From contig JBHLOI010000020.1 of the NCBI GenBank assembly GCA_048940645.1, positions 1 to 55,490 on the forward strand: a stretch of DNA of 55,490 nt, given 5' to 3'. The position numbers and the translations under genes were made by a program. Below the pieces are notes generated by a model, which saw only the letters and a program-made list of their open reading frames with translations, was not told the origin of the DNA and ran no database searches. The DNA is from Promethearchaeota archaeon (GTDB taxonomy: Archaea > Asgardarchaeota > Lokiarchaeia > Sigyniarchaeales > SOKP01). Each line of letters opens with the position of its first letter. The first letter of the stretch is position 1. Of the stretch, positions 49,015 through 55,490 are shown piece after piece.

Positions 49015-50027
49015 ATTTATTAACCTATATTTTTATAAAATTGTTTTTTCTATGTTTATTGAAAAACCCAAGGTGTAATGATTTGGATCAATTATTGAAA
49101 GATGCTGAGAAAATAAAATCCTTAGAGATTCAAGGGGCAACAAATGTTGCTGTAAATGCTATTAATTTTTTACATGATTATGCTCATAGAATTGGTAAAA
49201 AATTAAGCATAGATAATTTGATTGAAAAGCTTTATGAAGCTAGAGAGATTTTATTTCAAACCAGGGCAACTGAACCAGCTATGAGAAATGGACTTAATTA
49301 TCTCATGAATAAATTAGAAAAAGAACGGAAATCGCTATCCATGAATAAATTATTAGAAATAATCTCAAACTGCAAAAATGAATATAAAAAAATGCTTGAG
49401 AATTCAAAAAGAAAGATAGCAGAAATAGGAGCGCGAAGATTTCCAGAAATAGAAACCGCTAATGACTTTATTGTAATGACCCATTGTCATTCTTCCATAG
49501 TAAATGCTATTTTCCTTGAAGCTAAAAAGCAGAATAAAACTAATTTCAAGGTAGTTGCTACTGAAACTAGACCTCGATTGCAGGGGAGAAAGACTGTGAA
49601 TAAATTAATTAATGCTGGAATCGAAGTTATTCATATAGCTGATAGTGCTATGAGATGGGTAGTCAATAATTTTAATGTAGATTTAATAATTATAGGAGCA
49701 GACTCTATTACGTCCGAAGGGACCATAATAAATAAAATAGGGTCAAGGTTACTAGCTTTAGTGGCACATGAGGAACATGTACCTTTTTATGTAGCCACAC
49801 CTTTATTGAAATACAATCCCCAAACATCATTTGGATTATTAGAAAAAATAGAAATGAGAGATCCTAAAGAAGTATGGGACGATGCTCCTGATAATTTGAG
49901 AATTTTAAATCCTGCTTTTGAGACAGTAAGTAGAAGATATATAGATGGACTTATAAGTGAAGCAGGAATTTTCGCCCCGAGTCATATTCATAATTATTTT
50001 ACGAAATTATATCCTGATTTAATTTAA
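49011..50027 (+). CDS. Ribose-1,5-bisphosphate isomerase (eIF2B-like); true start probably the TTG near 49083
   Basis: 'IQGATNVA', 'TRATEP', 'MTHCHSS' (catalytic Cys), 'TETRP', 'GADS', 'NKIG', 'NPAFE'; adjacent to RuBisCO. Confidence 0.85.
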   Translation: MNLLTYIFIKLFFLCLLKNPRCNDLDQLLKDAEKIKSLEIQGATNVAVNAINFLHDYAHRIGKKLSIDNLIEKLYEAREILFQTRATEPAMRNGLNYLMNKLEKERKSLSMNKLLEIISNCKNEYKKMLENSKRKIAEIGARRFPEIETANDFIVMTHCHSSIVNAIFLEAKKQNKTNFKVVATETRPRLQGRKTVNKLINAGIEVIHIADSAMRWVVNNFNVDLIIIGADSITSEGTIINKIGSRLLALVAHEEHVPFYVATPLLKYNPQTSFGLLEKIEMRDPKEVWDDAPDNLRILNPAFETVSRRYIDGLISEAGIFAPSHIHNYFTKLYPDLI

Positions 50028-50028
50028 A

Positions 50029-51306
50029 TTACAATCCCCATTTTTCAATAGCTTTTTTAAGTTCTATGTGTTTATTTGCAAATTCATCTAATCCTATTCC
50101 ATCTAATGAGGCATAAACAGCTTGACGAATAGCTTTAGCTCCTGAAAATGTACCATTAGGATGACCATGACACCCCCCACCAAATTGGAATACCATGTCT
50201 TTACCTAAAATTTCAATTAATTCGGGAACATGTAAAGGACTTAATCCTCCTGAAGCCACAGGTAGAGTAGGTTTAATATTCAACCATTCTTGGTTCAATA
50301 GAGTTTTATTATTACCCAGAATCTTAGATTCTGTTATCACCTTATTCGTTTCAATTACTTCTTGTTTATCACCTTCCATTTTTCCAATGATAGTCCCTGT
50401 ATGTAATTGATCCATCCCAATTAACCTCATTATCTTTGCTAATGCTAACATTGTGATTCCGTGTGTTTTATTGCGTGTGAATGCTGCGTGCATTGCTCGA
50501 TGAGCATGAATAACAAGATCTATTTCTTCAATATAATCTCGAATTTCTTGTAATGCAGAAAATCCTACTGTAAAAACGTCAATCATAACATATTCACCCC
50601 CATTATTTTTTACAATATCTGCTCTCTTTTTCATGACACTTAATTTTGCTGTAATATTTGGCATATAAATTTTCTTGTCTCCAGTCTCATCTTCAGCTCT
50701 ACCCCTAAGTTTTAGAGTCTCTTCGATTCTTTTATCAAACTTATTGAACGTCATATTTGTTAAATTTTCATCATCTTTTACTATATCTAAACCTCCTAAC
50801 CAAGCTTCTTGGCAAACTTTTGCATGCTCTTTTTCATTTAATCCAACCTTTGGTTTTACTATAGTCCCTAATAATGGTCTTTTCTCGATATTTAGTAATT
50901 TTCTAATACCATTAATACCATATTTAGGACCCTTGTACTTATTTACAATATTTTTAGGAAAGGAAATATCTAGTAATCTTAAATTATTTAAAGTTTTCAT
51001 ACCGAAGATATTTCCAGCAATAGCACTCAAGATTTGAGGTATATTATCTGCCTCAAAAAGATCCTCTATATATGCAATCTTTATAATTTGGGTATTATTA
51101 TCAATGAAAAAAGTGGATGGTTTCAACCGATTAGCTATATCTGCAGACATCGTAGTAATGTCGGTCCAAGTCCCGATAGAACTTTCTTTTGCTATTTCTT
51201 CACATGCTTTTTCTAAACTAATGCAATCTATGGCTTTCTCAACAAAATACATTACTACAAGATCTTTATTAGTTGGTTTATAGTCCAAATTAACATATTC
51301 TATCAC
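50029..51306 (-). CDS. rbcL: RuBisCO, form III (archaeal)
   Basis: 'ESSIGTWT', 'GTIVKPKVGL', 'KDDENL', 'HAHRAMH', 'GKMEG', 'SGG', 'QFGGGCHGHP'; all catalytic motifs present. Confidence 0.93.
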   Translation of the reverse strand: MIEYVNLDYKPTNKDLVVMYFVEKAIDCISLEKACEEIAKESSIGTWTDITTMSADIANRLKPSTFFIDNNTQIIKIAYIEDLFEADNIPQILSAIAGNIFGMKTLNNLRLLDISFPKNIVNKYKGPKYGINGIRKLLNIEKRPLLGTIVKPKVGLNEKEHAKVCQEAWLGGLDIVKDDENLTNMTFNKFDKRIEETLKLRGRAEDETGDKKIYMPNITAKLSVMKKRADIVKNNGGEYVMIDVFTVGFSALQEIRDYIEEIDLVIHAHRAMHAAFTRNKTHGITMLALAKIMRLIGMDQLHTGTIIGKMEGDKQEVIETNKVITESKILGNNKTLLNQEWLNIKPTLPVASGGLSPLHVPELIEILGKDMVFQFGGGCHGHPNGTFSGAKAIRQAVYASLDGIGLDEFANKHIELKKAIEKWGL

Positions 51307-51381
51307 AAAAATTCACTTCATTTTGTTTAAATCGGGTTTATTATTAAAGTAATTATTTTTTAATAACGGGTCTATTTCCAT

Positions 51382-51561
51382 TTATAACCAGGTATATTCA
51401 CTTTCATCAATTTTTTTTCGTAATTTTTTTTCATCTTTTTTTAATTGACTTACTTTATTGTTTGTCGAATATGGTTTTATTTCTTCTTGGGTTGGTTTCC
51501 CTTTTTTATCATGTTTATGATCTTTAAGATGATCTACTCTATGTTCGTATTTTTTACTCAT
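51382..51561 (-). CDS. Small basic hypothetical protein (59 aa from the ATG at 51561)
   Basis: AAGGAG SD-like motif before MSKKYEHRVDH... Confidence 0.5.
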   Translation of the reverse strand: MSKKYEHRVDHLKDHKHDKKGKPTQEEIKPYSTNNKVSQLKKDEKKLRKKIDESEYTWL

Positions 51562-51788
51562 ATTAATTACTCCTTTAAAATTAAGTAACATATTCATAAC
51601 TCTTATAATTAGTTTTCGTAAATATTTTGACAATTAAGCCCTTAGAATTACTTGGAAATTCTCTCAAATATCCGTGAGAGTTAAAAAAAATGAAACAAAC
51701 AATTTTTTATAATTTTTTATGATGTCTTGTAAGTTTATAGGGAAAAAATTTTATACTTTCTTTAATTATTCTAAAGAGTGATTGAAAT

Positions 51789-52112
51789 ATGAGTAAAGCA
51801 GAAATTAAACACATTATCATAAATGTTAAAGAATTAATCCTTTCACCTAAAATTGGCAAAGAACAGCATGCAGATGATTTATTAAGATTTCTTGTTGAAC
51901 AATTACCTCAAATTGAGGTTGATCGTAATGGAGATCAACTTGAGATTGCAATGCCAGAAAAGTTATCTAAAAAGGCTGTAAAATTAAGAATCAAGAAGTT
52001 TTTACACCAAAAAAATCTCTTTAATGAATTTAGACCTATTTTTTATAGAACTCATGAACTTGAAGGTTATATGATTAAGAAGAGAAAAGTTTTAGAATTA
52101 TCCTATTATTAA
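51789..52112 (+). CDS. rpl22e: Ribosomal protein eL22 homolog
   Basis: 'LSKKAVKLRIKKFLHQKNLFNEFRPI' resembles eukaryotic eL22 '[26 protein letters not shown]'; 107 aa. Confidence 0.7.
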   Translation: MSKAEIKHIIINVKELILSPKIGKEQHADDLLRFLVEQLPQIEVDRNGDQLEIAMPEKLSKKAVKLRIKKFLHQKNLFNEFRPIFYRTHELEGYMIKKRKVLELSYY

Positions 52113-52162
52113 TTCCTTTCTTTAAAAATAATTATATATAATTTGAGATTTCTATTTTAAAT

Positions 52163-53125
52163 GTGGATTTGAAACAAATCAAAATCAAGTCGATTAATGA
52201 CTTAATGACTTGTCTCAATTTAGCAAGCTCATTAGAATTAGCAGGATGGCCTAAGCCAGGCAATGTTCATAGAACTAGAGATTATGCTAATACGCGATAT
52301 GAACATTTTTTGTCTGGAATTGCTGCAATCCAGCCTATTTTTAGAAGATTCTGTGTTAGAGTTTTTAATAAAGTAAATGATGAAAATCAACATTATTCAA
52401 TTGTGGAATTGGGAAAACTTTTTAAAAGAGCAGCTAACGCAATGACGAAGTGGCAATACGGAGGAAATGTACTTTTAGGTCATATATTAATTTTAGCACC
52501 ACTTAGCGTGGCAGCCTGTATTTGTCAAAAAATAAAAAGACTTACTTTAGAAGATTATAAAAGGATTATTCAGAAAATAATAAAAGATTCCACCGCTCAA
52601 GATACAATTAATCTTTATAAAACAATAAAAATTTGTAATCCTGGTGGATTAGGTAAAATTGAAAAGTATGATCTTAATGATGATAGTTCGATTATTGAAC
52701 TAGAGAGAGATAACGTAAATTTAAAAGAAATTTTTGAATTCTCTAAAAGTTATGATTTAATTAGTTTTGAATATGCAACTGGATTTGAAATAACTTTAAA
52801 AGAAGGATTACCCTATTTTTTTAAAACATTTACAAAGTATCGGGATATAAATATTGCAACTGTGAACACATTTCTAAAATTACTTAGTGAACATCCGGAT
52901 ACATTAATAGTTAGAAAATCTGGGAAGGCTGCTGCTTTATTAGTATCTAAAAAAGCCTATGGGGCATTGGAAAAAGGAGGGGTGGCCACAAGGAGAGGGT
53001 TAAAATTAGTTCTTAAACTTGACAAAAAACTTCACAAAAAAGAAGGAATGATGAACCCTGGAACAACAGCTGACCTGATTGCAGGTATAATATTCTGTAG
53101 TTTGCTATTTGGATTAAAATTTTAG
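52163..53125 (+). CDS. citG: Triphosphoribosyl-dephospho-CoA synthase (CitG) family, archaeal type
   Basis: 'LE...PKPGNVHR', 'DTLIVRKSG', 'NPGTTADL'. Confidence 0.88.
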   Translation: MDLKQIKIKSINDLMTCLNLASSLELAGWPKPGNVHRTRDYANTRYEHFLSGIAAIQPIFRRFCVRVFNKVNDENQHYSIVELGKLFKRAANAMTKWQYGGNVLLGHILILAPLSVAACICQKIKRLTLEDYKRIIQKIIKDSTAQDTINLYKTIKICNPGGLGKIEKYDLNDDSSIIELERDNVNLKEIFEFSKSYDLISFEYATGFEITLKEGLPYFFKTFTKYRDINIATVNTFLKLLSEHPDTLIVRKSGKAAALLVSKKAYGALEKGGVATRRGLKLVLKLDKKLHKKEGMMNPGTTADLIAGIIFCSLLFGLKF

Positions 53126-53188
53126 AAAAAAGAAAAACTTTTGACTGAAGAACAATTAATTAGAAGTAAAATACTTGTTATATAATTA

Positions 53189-53560
53189 ATGCTTAAGGTA
53201 ATTATTCAAATGGAATTTTGCGATGAATGCGGTGGTATGATGTTTCCCTCTTCTGATAACGGAATAAAGGTTTTTAAATGCAAATGTGGAGCCATAAAAC
53301 CATTTTCTAAGGAAAAATCTGAATTTTACAAATTGAAAACAAAAATTGAACATTCTGTTCGAAGTGAAGTCACAAATTTATCAGAAATAATGGATTGGAA
53401 AGATAAAAATTTAAAGAGCTCAATAAAGAATTTTAAATGCCCTCGTTGTGGTTATACAAAAGCGCATTTAGAGACCAGGCAAACGAGGAGGGCAGATGAA
53501 GGCATGACGCATTTTATTACTTGTCTTAAATGTGGAAAAATGAAAAAAATAGGTAGTTAA
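53189..53560 (+). CDS. tfs: Transcription factor S (TFS/RpoM); start probably at MEFCDEC
   Basis: Two Zn ribbons and 'QTRRADEG' acidic hairpin. Confidence 0.9.
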   Translation: MLKVIIQMEFCDECGGMMFPSSDNGIKVFKCKCGAIKPFSKEKSEFYKLKTKIEHSVRSEVTNLSEIMDWKDKNLKSSIKNFKCPRCGYTKAHLETRQTRRADEGMTHFITCLKCGKMKKIGS

Positions 53561-53577
53561 CTAAAACGAGCAAAACT

Positions 53578-53880
53578 CTAACCTAGTAATTTTTCTAAAA
53601 TATCTTTCTCATCTATTTTCTTATAATAACTAATTTGAATTAATTTATTTCTACTCTTTAATCCGGAGATGAATTTGATTTGATTAAGGTTTATATCAAG
53701 TTTCTTTTTTAATAATTTTAATAATTCTTTATTAGCCTTATTTAGAAGTGGTTTACTAGTTAATTTAATTACAAAATAATCATAATTATTCTCTATTAGA
53801 ATCTCTTGAGATTTAGCATTAGGTTTAACTACTATTTTTAGAATAAATATTGTATCAGATTTTTTTTCAATTAAATTCAT
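53578..53880 (-). CDS. DUF167 (YggU) family protein
   Basis: 'VKPNAK', 'KAN.EL', 'ISGLKSRNK'. Confidence 0.88.
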   Translation of the reverse strand: MNLIEKKSDTIFILKIVVKPNAKSQEILIENNYDYFVIKLTSKPLLNKANKELLKLLKKKLDINLNQIKFISGLKSRNKLIQISYYKKIDEKDILEKLLG

Positions 53881-53900
53881 TTTAGTAATTAATAGAAGAT

Positions 53901-55307
53901 TTAATCGAATTGAACATATTGATCTATATTATTCTTTAATCTATTAAATGAAGGTTTGGATAATCGGATACCTCCAGCGAGTTTATGACCCCCTCCATTT
54001 CCTCCTAACTCAGTCTTAATTTGTGTAATTACTTTATTTACTCCTACTCCTCTGTTGATCTCAATAAATTTTCTTGAACATCTAATACTGAGTTTTATCA
54101 TTTGAGTTTTTTTTTCCAAGCCTCCAAGAAATAACATTTTTTCGGGATTAATAAGTTCATTAACCATGCTAAAACTAGCTGTATCTGACCAATTACTTGG
54201 TTGTATAATCCCATTACCTGCATCAATAAAAATAGCTTTTTCAGTTTCGAATCGACTGAGTTCGGTGTAGACTTTTTTCAGATTTTTAGTTAAGTTATTG
54301 ACATAATCAATATATATTGTTTTTGCATACCGTGTAATAGTTTTTTGTTGTATCATTGATAATGCAGCACTTATGTTTTTAAAAGATAAGATATTTAGCA
54401 ATAATGCATGTTCAAACGCAAATTTTAATAAGCCCTCTTTTTTAGGGATCATTGCATAATGACCTCTTTTTAAATTTGTGTTCTTTTGGATTGCTTCAAT
54501 TTCAGATTCTTCAAGTTCAAAGGTTTTTTTATTTGGATTTATTTGTAGTCGACTGAGAAATGATTTGATTTTTTCATCGTCTTCCCCACCCAACTGTTTA
54601 ACAAAAGGTAATATACTGTATTTTAATCCATTTTTAATGGAATTATGCATCCCTCCAAATAGTATTAATCCTTCTCTATCTTCTATTATTTCCTCATCGA
54701 TCAACTCTTGATATACTTCTCTATTAAAGGATTTTAATCGATCCATTGATCTCAAAGAGTCTCCTGCTATTCCAATTGCAGTTAACCATGCATGATTAAT
54801 AATAGAGGGATTGATTTGTTTCGCAAACATATAAGCTAAGGTCGCCCCTGCAATATGATCGAGCCCATCAAATCCATAGACAGTTGGATTTACAAAAAAG
54901 AGATTTTCAGGAAAATCATTCAATCCAACATCATTTTCCACTTCATGATGATCTAAAATGAAAAAATGTTCTTTTCTTTTGGTGATAATAGGAATTAATT
55001 CAGTTAATGTAGAACCTATATCTGTAAAAATCAATGCTGTTTTTTCTGTTTGCCTTTTAGGTAAAATTCCGTTTAAGTAAGCTGCCCAAGAAACAGAACG
55101 ATTATAGATAAAATAATCAAAATTTTTTTTTAATTTATGGAGCAAGTTTTGGATGATTTGTAAACTACTAATTCCATCAGCATCATTATGAGATATTGCA
55201 ATTATATTATTATAAACATTTTTAGAATTATCTATAAAAACATCTACTGCATTATCAAGAGCTTCTAAAAATTTTAATCGATCTGGTTTCTTTACCATAT
55301 ATATCAA
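53901..55307 (-). CDS. DHH-family phosphoesterase, RecJ/Cdc45-like
   Basis: 'SHNDADG', 'TDIGS', 'LDHH', 'GIAGD', DHHA1 'SIRC...GGGHKLAGG'. Confidence 0.88.
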   Translation of the reverse strand: MIYMVKKPDRLKFLEALDNAVDVFIDNSKNVYNNIIAISHNDADGISSLQIIQNLLHKLKKNFDYFIYNRSVSWAAYLNGILPKRQTEKTALIFTDIGSTLTELIPIITKRKEHFFILDHHEVENDVGLNDFPENLFFVNPTVYGFDGLDHIAGATLAYMFAKQINPSIINHAWLTAIGIAGDSLRSMDRLKSFNREVYQELIDEEIIEDREGLILFGGMHNSIKNGLKYSILPFVKQLGGEDDEKIKSFLSRLQINPNKKTFELEESEIEAIQKNTNLKRGHYAMIPKKEGLLKFAFEHALLLNILSFKNISAALSMIQQKTITRYAKTIYIDYVNNLTKNLKKVYTELSRFETEKAIFIDAGNGIIQPSNWSDTASFSMVNELINPEKMLFLGGLEKKTQMIKLSIRCSRKFIEINRGVGVNKVITQIKTELGGNGGGHKLAGGIRLSKPSFNRLKNNIDQYVQFD

Positions 55308-55490
55308 ATTTTAATTGAAAATTAATTTAATTAACCAAAATTTAGCTCAACACTTCATTTTAAAATTATTTGTTTAAAATCATTTAATAGATATTTATAT
55401 TTTCCTCTAAAATAGATTTTAAATAAAATAAAAATAAATTCAAGAAATATAAATATTCCTATAATATCAAACCATAAGAATAAATTGAAC

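Noticed and set aside
1947-54711. Short ORFs overlapping well-supported genes (e.g. 1947-2162, 3462-3695, 7082-7423, 21386-21868, 27429-27680, 46271-46588, 50675-51037, 54478-54711)
   Set aside because: They are nested in or antisense to genes with clear family motifs and have no motifs of their own.
1-55490. Selenoprotein (TGA read-through) candidates prompted by pstK
   Set aside because: The TGA-ending genes inspected all appear complete, and no split redox motif (UxxC/CxxU) was apparent by eye.

Overview
Gene-dense, very AT-rich chromosomal window, almost certainly from an Asgard archaeon of the Lokiarchaeia type. Archaeal core genes (TBP, TFS, CDC48/VAT, PSTK, tetraether synthase Tes, form III RuBisCO with ribose-1,5-bisphosphate isomerase, deoxyhypusine synthase) co-occur with eukaryote-signature genes: three Rab-like small GTPases, longin/uDENN-like proteins, V4R/Bet3-like proteins, ribosomal protein eL22 and a Loki-CTERM-type surface protein. 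No rRNA, tRNA, CRISPR array or mobile element was recognised. The standout observation is a 455-aa protein (31006-32373, minus strand) made of 11 gap-free 35-residue repeats whose period and P-x4-A...[SG]E-x-x-F-R pattern resemble the actin-binding nebulin repeat (SDxxYK). Other leads are two independent V4R + Rab-like GTPase gene pairs, two structured intergenic elements with similar potential-pseudoknot topology (about 28.9 kb and 45.2 kb), a tandem palindromic 32-bp repeat, a probable ATT-initiated gene, an STI1-like insertion in an ABC ATPase and a TAT-less reductive dehalogenase. All calls come from motif recognition by eye; no searches were run.
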